Below are positions 52,105 through 64,000 of a stretch of 64,000 nucleotides of DNA, in pieces (position 1 is the first letter of the stretch; each line of letters opens with the position of its first letter). The position numbers were made by a program, and so were the translations under genes. The stretch lies in the NCBI RefSeq assembly GCF_018350175.1, contig NC_058368.1, positions 7,936,001 to 8,000,000 of the forward strand, written 5' to 3'. The notes beneath the pieces were generated by a model. The model saw only the letters and a program-made list of their open reading frames with translations. It searched no databases and had not been told where the DNA came from. Source of the DNA: Felis catus (taxonomy: Eukaryota).

Positions 52105-53899
52105 AAAATGTCTCTCTTCTACACAAGTTAGATTATAAGATTTAAAATAAAAAAGAACAGTAAGGACTGGCCGTTCCGTAAGGAGCGTAAGAAATTTCTG
52201 CCAGATATGCCTGATCATCATCAGGGAAAATCGGTCAACATCTGAACTGTTACCGATTAGTAGAAGAAAACGAACCCAAGAGGAATGATATCCTCTCTCC
52301 TCTAACTTGAAACACATTAATGCCACAGTTTTGAAATCACACGTCATCGCGCTCTTTTTCGCGATCGGTATTCTCCGTTCTCTAGACTGTAACATCCCTG
52401 CCCTCGCATCTCTCACACACACTCAGTACGCACACGGGTATATACACGGGACATCTGCCCCCCACGTAGCCGGGGTTTCGTGCACACGCGCACACCTGTA
52501 TCAGGCCACCGCGTGTGTACTTGGTACCGTTGCCATCGAAGGGCTGAAGTTCTCTTATACCTGGAAAAGAAGCTCTGCATTTCATTCTTTCTTTTCCCCC
52601 CAAAGAAGGGACAAAGATCCAGGGACGCCTCACGCGGAGATCTTAATTGCATCCTTTTGGTCTTCAGGAAAAGGCAGAGAAATATGTTGGAGCCCAGCAA
52701 GTCTAGGCATTTCCCGAGGGAAGCGTGGTCTGCCGAGTTCACGTGGGGCTGTCAGCCTCTGACCCCCACCCCCGCCCCCAAACTCTGAGGGCGCTGACGG
52801 TGGCACCAGCCCTCCTATGGACACCACAGGCCGGCCCCGGTGCAAAGGTCCTCCGAGTGCACAGGACAGATTCTGTGGCTGTTTTCTAATTTGGGGACTG
52901 CTTTTTTTTTTTTTTTTCCTTTTTCCCTCTTTGTAATTGGAACCATAAAAATAGAAGGTCATTTAGGAGCCTGACTATATAACAGCACTTGAAAAGAGAT
53001 TGGGGGGGGAGGGGAATTTGCCGAAGCCTTAAGAATACATCAAGCTCTTGAGGAAGTAGATTGTGCCATGTTTGAAGATGCAAAGATAATCACTGTGCTG
53101 GGAACCGTCTTGAGGGGGGAGGAAGCCGAACAACAAGAGGAAAGCAGCGCTCACTCCTGATTTCGCACAGGAAGCCCACGGCACCTCCTGTCAAAGGGAG
53201 ATAAGAAAGCTCCCAGGCACTATTCTGGACAAGGCCACGGTTATCAGCTTCAGCTCCGCGCGGTCCTCTCCATGCGCCCGGCCTCTGTCCCTTGCCTAAT
53301 GAGCTTTCGGACTCCTGCCTCCATTTGCATACAGCGCGCCAAATACAAGAGCACGGGGGGTTGGGGGGGGGTGGTATTTATAACCATCGAGTCGCAAACG
53401 ATTTCCGGGGTAAGAGTGTACTCTGTGTCATCTCATCAATTGCCCTGGAGGTGAAACAAATTCACCTTGGCCTAGAGATCGATGTCAAGACGTTAGACCC
53501 AAAGGGCCGATTAGGTATCCAACACACGGCGCTGGAGATCCCTCCGTGTGACACGTCAGTCTGACTGCAAGAAGGAACCATCTGTGAGACTCTCCCACCT
53601 GGTCTAAGTAACCGGGTGGGTTCTTTCCGCACGTCATGGGAAAACACCACCCTCCAGAGATGTGCAGGACTCTACAGACCCACAGGCTTTGGGTTGAGGT
53701 TTCCTGTAGGGGTGACGGATGTGCCCTGTTCCCTTCACATTCATAAATATCTGGCTCCTCCGTGACCAAGGACAGATGAAGCCAGTCTGGGGCCACAGAC
53801 AAAGGCAAAGCCAACACCGAGGTCAAAGCCACAATCTTCACTGCTGGTCCTCACAGGCAAGCTAACCGGCCACAGGCTACAGCACACAGCATGCATAAG

Positions 53900-54165
53900 G
53901 GTATTTCCTACATGCTAAGCACCACGCTGAGGGATTCGTATACTCTATCTCCTTAATTCATACAACATCCTAAAAAGTAGGTACTATCATCCCCCCTTTA
54001 ACAGATAGGGAAATTGAAGATTAGAGAGGTTAAGTACATTATTACCCAAGGTCAAACAGCTAGTAAATGGCGGAGGCAGATTACAAGTCAGTAATCTGAT
54101 TAGTAAACGGATTACAAATTAGTTCTGACTCATTCCAGAATCTGTGCACTTAACCCTTACTCCAT
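53900..54165 (-). mobile_element. MIR
   Basis: Core ccctttaacagatagggaaattgaagattagagaggttaagt...cccaaggtcaaacagctagtaaatggcggag. Confidence 0.8.
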
Positions 54166-55720
54166 ATGCCACACAACATCCACCGACTGTCCTCACATAC
54201 CAAGAAATTGTTACACTCCAGTGCTTCTTTGTGTACAGGAAGAAAAGGCTTCTCAAATATTCACTACGCAAACTGCATTACTGCGCTGGGGATGCAACGG
54301 GTTGTTTTGCTTCGTTTTGTTTTGGTTCTTTTTTAGCCCTTTGTGCAGTTAAGGGTCAGCTTCCTTCCAAAATTTGGCAAACACCCTCATCACACAACCA
54401 AAACATGTTACGCGCCCACAGTGTGCACGTTCCACGATCACAGCTTCTATCAGAACTCCTTTTGTGATCCGAGTCTCTGAACTCGGTTCCTATTCACCTT
54501 TACAAATCCTTTACGTCACCTTGACACGAAATGCCGTACAGACTGTATCCCAAGGTGTCCCTTTGTGTTCACCTGTGCATTTCTTAGTGCTGGCTTTGAG
54601 CCAGCCGATTTTCAGACTGTCTTCATTCCTCCTGCCTCTCTTCCCCCTCCCCCCGACCTCAAAGGCAGAACCCACACTTTCTTTAGAGGATGGACTGTCA
54701 CATCTCCTGGAATGAGAAGGGAGAGTCCAGCGGGGTGGGCTTTAGCCGCTGATGGTCAGTATCTGTGTGTTCTTTGTTGTGGTGCTCTAACGGCCCGACG
54801 CTTCACTGAGCCTTTCTAGAAACTGACCTCGTGTTTGGTGCCTGTAATGGTACCCAAGCCTCCTATGGTTATCTAATACAACTTCTCATTTCTTAAATGA
54901 TTTCTACCAAATTTAGGAACCACCCCAATTCCGGAAGGTCTACTCCACAGCCTGACTCTCAAGATGAAGACACACGGGCGTGGTTTGTTTTGGATTGCCT
55001 TTCACCCCATGGTAAGTAACTGATTAGCTGACCTTTCCTTCAACGTTTCGCTTCTGCTAAATCCTGACTCTCGGTTGGTGAAGGGAAACTGACAGTTACT
55101 GGGCTGATACTACTGTGCCTCAACTAGGGAGCTACAGACATTTAAGTCCAACTAATTCTCACAGCCCCCCCTTGGGCGAAACAGGCATTATCATGCCTGT
55201 TTCAAAAATTGCTTTACTATGAAGGAAACCGGGACTCAGAAGTAGCAGACCTGGGATCAGACCCCAGATGGTCTCAAATCTTTCCATCAAACCAGAATTC
55301 AGTCCATCACACATGACACGTTCTGTTCCCAAGAAACCTCCCCAAACCCTTCTCACCACGCTTCACAGGGTGAATCTGGCTCAGAGTCACGGGTGAGAGG
55401 AAAACTCTGGGGGTCCTCGGAATCTAACTGGTGCAAAGTCAGACACCAAGAGAACGTGAAAAATTGGCTTTCAAAAGCACCTAGTCCTTTGGTGGAGGGT
55501 GAAAGGGGCCGAGGGATGTTTTATAATTACATTTTTGACATAAATTCCGCTTTGTTTTGATCATAAAGATGTTCTGATGCTAAAATTATAGGAACTCTTG
55601 GGCTCCTTCCTACTGGCTGAATTTTATCACTTAAAAAAAAACGCGCAACAAAAGAACAAATCCAACTTTTATCACCATCTCTGTCTTCCCCTGTGACCTA
55701 CTTGTGTGGGCACGATTGCT

Positions 55721-55779
55721 GGACATGTTCTAGGATGCCCTAGGATGAAGGACATGTTCTAGGATGTTCCAGGATGAAG
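55721..55779. repeat. Duplicated 29-bp unit with internal ~10-bp periodicity
   Basis: GGACATGTTC-TAGGATGCCC-TAGGATGAA / GGACATGTTC-TAGGATGTTC-CAGGATGAAG. Confidence 0.85.
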
Positions 55780-58700
55780 CTGGCCTGTTCGACTATGAAC
55801 TCCAATACACTCGTGGCGGGCAGGTGGCTTTAAAGAGGGCCTCTGGGGTGGGGGTGTGCAGCGATGGGCTGCCTATTCGAGCCTGAGTCATGCCTAGGAA
55901 TGAATGTATGCCTCAGTTTATAATTAAAGCACAATTAGTTGGAAAAGAGGCTCTAGAAAGCTCTATGAAGTCTCAGGACGGAGAATAACCTCCCTCTCTC
56001 TTTTTTTTCCTTCTTTGGATGATGAAATCGGGAGGACTCCCGGTGGGGTGGACCCTGCTTCTCTGTTTAATGGGGTCTGACTGCACGTGCTAACTCTGAT
56101 TAGAATCTGTACAGAATACCGATCATTTCAAGTTAGGAAACCAAAAGGGGAGAGCAGTAACGAAGAGCAAATCGAGGCTGTAAAGTGTCTTTAAAGAAGA
56201 AAAAACTAGAAAGGAAAAAAAAAGACCACCTGGCAGCCTGACAGAGGGCACGGCCAGGACTGGTTGCCCATTAAGGCCCACCCTCCTGTAGAAGAGCCTG
56301 ATGTAAACTTTCCTCCGCTACTGTGCGTCTTGTGTCAAAACATTAGTGACCGTGTGCCTGAGCCAGCAGATGAACAGAATCTGCAAACACTCTCTGCTCT
56401 CCTCCTCTCACGTTCTCTCCAAACAAATACAACAATATAGGGGAGGGGCCGCCGGCAGAAAAAAGGTGTGGAGTTGGAAGGAGTGTTTAGACAGAATGGT
56501 TCCTGCTCCTCGTGCTCCAGGAAAAGGGCCCGGGCCTTGGGGGTGGTCACAGGGTCACGCCGAGGGGATTCTGGACGAGTGACGACTCTTGCGCACGGAG
56601 AGACCTTGTGACGCCTCGGAGCCCATACTGAAAACCACTTCTGGTCTGCACGGAGAGGGGGGAGTGGAGGCGGCTTTTCAGGGATTGAAGGCTCTGGCCC
56701 AGCTCCTTGGACAATGGTGGAGGTGATCCAGAGCCCTGACCACCTCTGTTTCGATAAGAGCTTTTCCGTGAGCGTCTTGGCCTGGGCCACTTCCTGCTCT
56801 CCAGGGTCTCCTGGTCCATTCACACTCAGGACAGGGCCTGTCTTTCCAGGCTCTGCCTTCCTTCCTTCCTTCTCTCTCCCTGCTTGCTTCCATCAAGAAC
56901 TCCAAGCTCTCCCTGATTCTGTCCCTCTTTTACAGAATCTGAGCCAGGGCCAAGGCATCCTTGCAACCCTATCACCCGGGTGACAAAGGGTAAATACTCA
57001 TGTGGCCACACCCGGATGTGGGTCTTAACAGGAACGCCTACTTTGTTCATTCCTTTTTCTCCTGAGTGGAAGGCTGGTCAGCTGAGGAAGGGTGATCTGA
57101 TAAGTAAGAAATCTTTAGCGAGATCTCCAGAGTGGCCACCGACAACGTCTTTTAACTTAAGGAGTCTTAAAGTGTTACCTCTAAATATTTCAAACTGTTG
57201 TTGCCTTTTGATTTCACGGAAAAGAAGAGAGCATTACTGGTCACATAGCTGTCAACGTGCAAATGTCCAGAGAGCCTTCACGGGGAGAAGCGGGGAAGCA
57301 CGACATTAGGAACGTAGAATGTGCAGCTAGCCTGATCCGAGTTCCAATCAGGCTTTTACAACTTCCTAGTTCGGTTACCCTGGACGGCAAAAGCCCAACC
57401 TAGAGAACCACAGTCCCAGAAAACTGCTCATAGGACTCCCATTCTTTTCGGTCCTTTGAACATTTCTGAAATAGAGGGATCGCATCACCTGTCATAAATG
57501 TTGCTTTGGTGTTAACGCCACTGATCAGCGCTAAGGGCTCTGATGATTTCCGGTCCCGTGACACTCACTACAGGAGAAACGTTGTGGAGTCTGTGTATTC
57601 CACGTCCCAAGGATTAGGATAGGAGAAACCGCTTTTCTCAGATTTCAGTTCCCTGGAAGGCTGTACCTCTCTTGGTTTGTTTTCATCCGATGGGCCCCTT
57701 CACCTTGCGAACGTCGATTTCATTTCTCTTTCTCTCTCTCCACAACTAGAAAGTAAAAGCACACGGGCCCTTTCTCTGCACTAGCCTGACGGCATTTTCT
57801 CCTTTCATTCAGATTATTTGTTGTACTCTTTGTGAACCGCCTCAAATCCCTTGGGAAACGGATGTGCTCTTGGCCTCCCCGACTCAAAAGAAGCCACCCC
57901 ATGTTCCTACGTCTTATTAGTTTTCTTATAGGGGTTAAAAGGCGAACAGCAGGGAGATAATTCACAGAAGATCCTTTGCATCGGTGAACACCAGGGTGGC
58001 ACTCAACGAGTCAATCGATGCAATCGCTTAGCACCGTAGATGGATTGATAACGTTACTTGTCATTTTATTATCTCCCTAGGGTAAGAACTACTTAAGAGC
58101 AGGGGCTATGTCCTGTTCGTGATGATGACCTCAGGGCCTAACCCAGCCACCCGGTGAACACGAGAAGGGAACACCCATCTCTTGCTCAGTTGGCTGTCTG
58201 ATGAGGAGAGTGACCCCTGGTGATGGCCTGACTAGATGTGGACTCAACCCTGTGTCAGGCGTCAACCCTGCCATCCATCACTTACCTCAAACGTGCTGAA
58301 AAACGGGGCACTGCTGACCCTCAAATGACCTCACACGTATCCCCTCAACTAAGCACCGTGTCACCACCATCAGTGTCTGTCCATTCACGGCGAGGAGTGT
58401 TCATGGAGACAGAGGGTCTGCCTGGGACCCGGACGAACTCCTCACCGCATTATCCGTACGCGACAAACGGACACTCATGGACAATCTCAACTAAGACAGT
58501 GACACTGACATGTGGAGAAGCATCTTCTGGTCTAACAGAAAATAGAGAAGACCAACCAGCAATGGTCATCGCCTTTCCTCAAGGGTGGACAAAAATACTG
58601 GCTCATAAGTATGAGTCCCATTCGATTAAAACAAAAAGATACATACTCATACATACTCCATTTAAGAAGTAGAATTGTGTCCTCTGAAAAAAGTAGAAGA

Positions 58701-59204
58701 CCTAGTTCCTTCTGTTATTAAGGAACATACACATCTATTGAAGAGGCAAGTCAAATGCATGCTCACGTATCAGAATATTTAAAAAAAAAATACCCGAATA
58801 TAATTGAGTGCAGGCGAGTGAAATGCCAAGAGCCCATGTGGTACCATAGCTGGACAAGACTTGGGGTCAATGAACGTTTGAATTGCTGAGGCAGAACTCA
58901 CAAATGCGAGGAGATTCAGGATATCACAGCTCCTTTAATTTCCTAAAACAATCTGAAAATTCTGCCATTTCTGGTCCCATCTTAATTTCTTTGGAGTAAA
59001 TCACCTTCGTCAGAAGACCTGTCTAAAGACGCAAGCATGTTTCCTGGGAGGACATTAGCCTAACGGCATGGGACCATTTTGCCAGAAGACTGTCAGCTTT
59101 CACAGCGTACTAATATATGCATGATGCCACCTCGAAAGGAAACTGCTTTGCACCGGGCAGCCCCAGAGCAATCCGAAACTACTGGACGACTTCCAGCAAA
59201 TAAA

Positions 59205-59430
59205 CTTACGTGCAATGCACCAGCCACGGAGTTAAATACTTGATATGCATTAGCTCCTTTAATCCCCCCAAACAATCTTATGATGTCAGTGCTATTATCT
59301 CTACTGTGCAGATCAGGAAACTTGGACCCACAGAGGTAGTTTATTTTACCCAGAAGCTGGTAGACAGTAGCAGGTGGCACAGCCAGGGTTCGGGCTCCAG
59401 AGGCCATGACCTTTAACCCTAGACTATATT
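59205..59430 (-). mobile_element. MIR
   Basis: tttaatcccccca...tgcagatcaggaaacttggacccacagagg core. Confidence 0.7.
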
Positions 59431-59982
59431 TTTCTGCATCCTAACGCTTCTTAAAATTGGTTCTTGATATCATGAACATCGGCCCCTCTAAACATATTTG
59501 CTTTCTGGATCATGAGCTTTTGGCCCCAAATTACTCAATTTAAGGTCTAAATAATTGTTGTAGAACCAATCCTAGTAGTGAAAACGAAGTGACTGGTTGA
59601 CCATGTGCTAGAAGACGCTCAACGATAGACTCTGACATGTCAACCAGGGCTGGTTTCCTAAGAAGGTACTTAAACTTTCTGTAAATGGTAATAATTACAG
59701 TAGCTGCCTCATAGAAGCTCTGTAATAATTACATGAGACAACACACACAGAGCACAAATTGAGCACTTAACATCCTCTAGATAAGTGCTCAATAATTTTC
59801 AGCTATAAAACAAATAAACATAGAAGTCCTAGGCCAGAGGGTCTTCTACTGGACGTACTCTTCTATCTGGCTCTACGTGGTCTCCAAATACCCACTTTTA
59901 TTTTCCTCACCTTACTTTTTCACCCTCACAAGACAGAATTTCTCAACAAGGTAGCAATTCGTGATCGTCTTACATCATTTTC

Positions 59983-60214
59983 TTTTCTTTTTTTCTTTTA
60001 ATTTTTTTTTTCAACGTTTATTTATTTTTGGGACAGAGAGAGACAGAGCATGAACGGGGGAGGGGCAGAGAGAGAGGGAGACACAGGATCGGAAGCAGGC
60101 TCCAGGCTCCGAGCCATCAGCCCAGAGCCCGACGCGGGGCTCGAACCCACGGACCGCGAGATCGTGACCTGGCTGAAGTCGGACGCTTAACCGACTGCGC
60201 CACCCAGGCGCCCC
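59983..60214 (-). mobile_element. Young feline Can-SINE
   Basis: TSD ttacatcattttc. Confidence 0.95.
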
Positions 60215-61833
60215 ATTACATCATTTTCAGTGATGAAGTCATGGCATATGGAACATTAAAAGCCTAAGAAAAGGTGATAACATGCCTCCAGCTCATTTTT
60301 TAAAAAGCTCGAGTGAAAACCCACGTTCTTGGGAGGTTAAGGCTTTGGTCTTCAGACATGCAGGACAGCATGTACGTGACACATGCTAATGACGTGCCAC
60401 AGGAGGAAGACGACCAAAAAAGGAGCCTATGAAAGTCTATCAGTCTGTAAGAGTTACAGGGTGGGTCTGTGGGAAGGAGACAAAAGAGCCAGGCATTAGC
60501 CAGGAAAGGGAATGATTGGCCGGCTCAACTGTTTAGCCCCTCACTCAAAGAATTCCGCATCAGATCCGGATTCACTTTGCCAATTTTTGGCTTTAATTTT
60601 TCTGCACCCAACTCTGATGATCCGGCCCAATTCCTCTCCAAGCATGGCCTTTTCAACTCTTCAACCTACTCCCATCCTCATGCTACTCTGTCACATCTAT
60701 GTTCCTTCCATTTGACATTCTAGGACCTCCCCGCCATCTTGAGGATTCAGATCTTATTTCCTCCGTGAGGTTTCCTCTAAACCGCAGTCCTCACCACCGA
60801 CCTCCACTGAAGCCATGATGGTTCATTTATTCAACCAGATTACAGGCACCTTCCATGGAGACTCGATGCAATGTTATGGTGGAAGTAATAAAAGGGAATA
60901 ATAAACAGGAAATCAGAGACTTGGGTCTAGTCCTGGGTTTGCCATTAACTAGCTGTGAGGTGAGGGATAATTCTTTATCTTTGAGCCAGTTTCTCCTCTA
61001 TAAAGCTCTTTTTAATCGCTGGAAATTCCCCAATTCTAAGTGAATGAAGCATTCAAAGTAACTAGATCAGGGCCTGCTGAGGCTCAGATTTGCAGCCACC
61101 ATGTTTTTATTTTATTCAGTCATCAACTGCAAACCCTATGCTCTCTCCTTCATGGTCTTTTGTCCCCCCTTATTCTTCAACTCCTTTGCCTTCCTGTGCC
61201 TCTTGCAAAAATCCACAGCTTTGTGAGCCCCCTGAGGGCTGAGTGCTTGCTGAATCCTGATCCGGAAAATCAATCCTGAACAACAAATAAGGGAATGCAA
61301 CTTCCTTGCAAAGGATCAAATAAATACCCCTGCATGGGGAGAAAGTCCCAGAGAGGGCCAGTGCCACCAGAGTCAAAGTGTCAAATGGACCGTTTGACTT
61401 GCTACCCTCTTCAGGTTGGTCTGATTTAGACCTGCTCATCCCACTGGGGTTCATGCCCCCTCAAAGGGTCTATTCCCACCTGTAGGTCTGGGGCCCAAAC
61501 CAGAGCAGGTGGTCTGGTCACCGGTTCCCCAAGTAATTGTGAAATGTGAATCCACGTCTCCCATCTGCTGCTAACCTCTTTCTCCTCTCCCCTCCCATCC
61601 TCAGTGCGACTCTGACTCAACGGGTAGACTTTGTGGGATCACTGGTGACGAGTAAACCCAGTGGGCTAAGCCAGTGCCTCCCCAAACCCATCCCCTCAAG
61701 GATTTCTGCTCCTTCCTCTGGGAACCCATAGGGGTGCACTCAGAGGAGTCCCATGGGATACCAATGAAAAGTAACTTTCTGAAATGCCAAACTACTTAGC
61801 CTCTCTTATTATCTGAAAACACCTGAGAAAGAA

Positions 61834-61886
61834 TTTTTTTTAAGTTTATTTGTTTTGAGAGAGACAGAGTGCAAGGGTGGGGGCGG

Positions 61887-61938
<52 letters not shown>

Positions 61939-62085
61939 CAGAGACAGAGAGAGAGAGAGAATATTTTAGGCAGGCACTATCAGCACAGAGCCCAACTCGG
62001 GGCTTGATCTTACAAACCATGAGATCATGACTTGAGCCCAAATCAACAGTGGGAGGCTTAATCGACTCAGCCACCCAGGCACCCC
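61834..62085 (-). mobile_element. Can-SINE with (CT)n/(CTCTGT)n expansion
   Basis: Head, expanded microsatellite, A tail. Confidence 0.92.
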
Positions 62086-64000
62086 AAGAAAGAACTTTCT
62101 GAGCTTCAGTTTCCTAATAGGGAAATTATGTCCATTATGTAGAACTGTACAGATTAGGGATAATATGTGTAAAGGGATGAGGGCAACTTTGGCACCAGGG
62201 AGGGCTCATTGATTCCATCTATTATAGCTGTTACCATTAAGTAGACAGTGGCATTCAAGGTGACAAGACATCCCCAAGGCTTCTAGAGAAAGTATGAAGA
62301 AACAAGTTCCAGTGACTTGAAGTGCATTGTAAGACACCACCTGGCCAAAGTCTAAATCCATCACATCCTTTCTACACAATACATCAGGCTCTACTTTTTC
62401 ACCTAAAAGGGCAGTGAAGTTACATTAAAACCACAGACTAGAGTCCGTGTTTCAAGAAACAGTCTACTGATTTTATTCTTTGTGCTACACAGCGTGGGGG
62501 GAAAAACAGTCTACTAAGTCAGTGGAGATCTAATCAAAATGTAGATTTCTAAGAGCAGGTGCATGTTTTATAAGTAATTTGTCCTATTTATCCATGACCT
62601 AAGGCTCCTGTGTCAGGACAGGAATTTGTAGATTCGGTCATGAAAACGCCCACTCAATTCTTAAAAATCTGTGAGCACGGCCCGAAATAATTTGAGAGAC
62701 TCTGCCGATCTTTGCAAGGAACCTTCCCAAACTGCGTGTCGTTGCCTTCTGGTAGTCCTAATCCCGGGACGCTAGGCTGAATTTTGCTCAAAAGATCCCT
62801 ATAGAAATCATTCTGCGTAGACTTCCTATGACTCAGCCTTTTGGTTTAATTTAAACACATAATGAAATGCTTGATAGCAATTACAGGAGACAGTTAATTC
62901 ATTAGAAACAATTATTCATCAGACTCGCTGTATTACCACGAGGAGTGGGAAAAAGAGGAACATCTCACAAAGCACAGGAAAGTGGCAGAGAGGCATTTGG
63001 CAAACAAACTCGTGCTCTGTTCTCAGGACTTTGCATGAAATATTAACAAGGGCTGTTGTCCAAACATTCACATTGGACAACACGCACTTCCTCGTCCAGC
63101 AATTATATAATAGAAAGCAAGAAGTTTCTCATTAGTAAGTGAACGTTCACTTCTCGCTTGTGATGAAAGCCTCCTGTATAAGACGGCCAGATTTATTTGA
63201 ACTTGTGTGTTCAAGCTCAAAGTGCTGCTACGATGGTCTTTGGCGCATTAGTCTTTAAAAGCCCCCGTTTCGATTCGAGGTCTTGTATACGGCAAATTAA
63301 AATTCTCGACAGCATGGCTGGCTTGAGTCCACAGATCCATACACACACTGCACAGAAAACATGTCAAGAGACACATGGATGCAAATCGCATGTATACCCT
63401 AGAGGAACGTGGTAAATATTAAAACATGCAGTGTGTGGTATTTCCAAAAGAAGGGGTCTTCTTAAATTATGCTTCCCTCTCACACCTGATCTATGTTTGG
63501 CCCCCAGGAAAGATGCTGACCTTTTCAATGTTTAAATTGTTAACACTTCCAGTTTGTAGCTAGAAGACAGAATATGGGACATAAAACTCTTTCAATAGTA
63601 ATAATAATAAATAATAATAATAGACATTCAAGCTGGCGGTCAATTAAATCCTTGAGTACGTTTCTAATTAACTACCATTAACAACTGTTTTGTTTTGGTC
63701 CTGTTCGTTGTGTGCATCAGTGGGGTATGGAGAATTATGCTTCTCTCAAACGATCTACCCCTCACACATCCCTAATGATTCAGGCCTTCCTCTTTTTGCC
63801 AATTTGCTGATGGAAACAATAGAGAGATGCAATTAAGCAAGCCCTTCTCGGAGTTCCTAGATGCCTCCGCCTTCCCTCATTTTGTAGGCCGCCTCCCATC
63901 CCCACCCCTACCAAGAAGGCCTGCGAACCACACTCAGCCCCAGAGTGGTCCGCTTTCCCTAGACCGCCCCCTCCCCCACCCAGTCCTCTACTGCTGGGCA

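Noticed and set aside
1340..62085. tRNA-like A/B boxes
   Set aside because: All belong to tRNA-derived SINE heads; no genuine tRNA gene was identified.
62457..62515. 12-bp direct repeat aaacagtctact around a 35-nt spacer (CRISPR- or TSD-like)
   Set aside because: Only two copies in mammalian intronic DNA, with no tail or recognisable insert.

Overview
Felid genomic DNA (young feline Can-SINEs and a feline L1 3' end) covering the middle of FLT1 (VEGFR1) on the minus strand. Five constitutive exons with GT-AG boundaries and a continuous reading frame are present: exon 11 (49851-49965), 12 (41147-41255), 13 (34554-34862), 14 (29711-29857) and 15 (9498-9629), encoding parts of Ig-like domains 5-7. 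Exon numbers follow human FLT1; exons 10 and 16 were not found and presumably lie outside the window. The intron-13 read-through tail of soluble sFLT1-i13 is intact, with proximal and distal poly(A) signals and a dense UGUA cluster. The most notable observations concern the soluble-receptor isoform system: (i) an apparently non-exonic orthologue of the primate sFLT1-e15a exon at about 17776-17875, lacking the AG and the poly-Ser repeat and bracketed by two SINEs; (ii) an orthologue of the human intron-11 terminal exon at about 43055-43220, with an intact acceptor but a 1-nt frameshift; (iii) a hydrophobic intron-14 read-through tail. Retrotransposon findings include a young L1 with apparently serial 3' transductions, two SINE dimers each inside one target-site duplication (TSD), and a SINE with a possible 3' transduction. 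No wholly new gene system is supported. All human comparisons and repeat-family names are from memory and need alignment or RepeatMasker confirmation.
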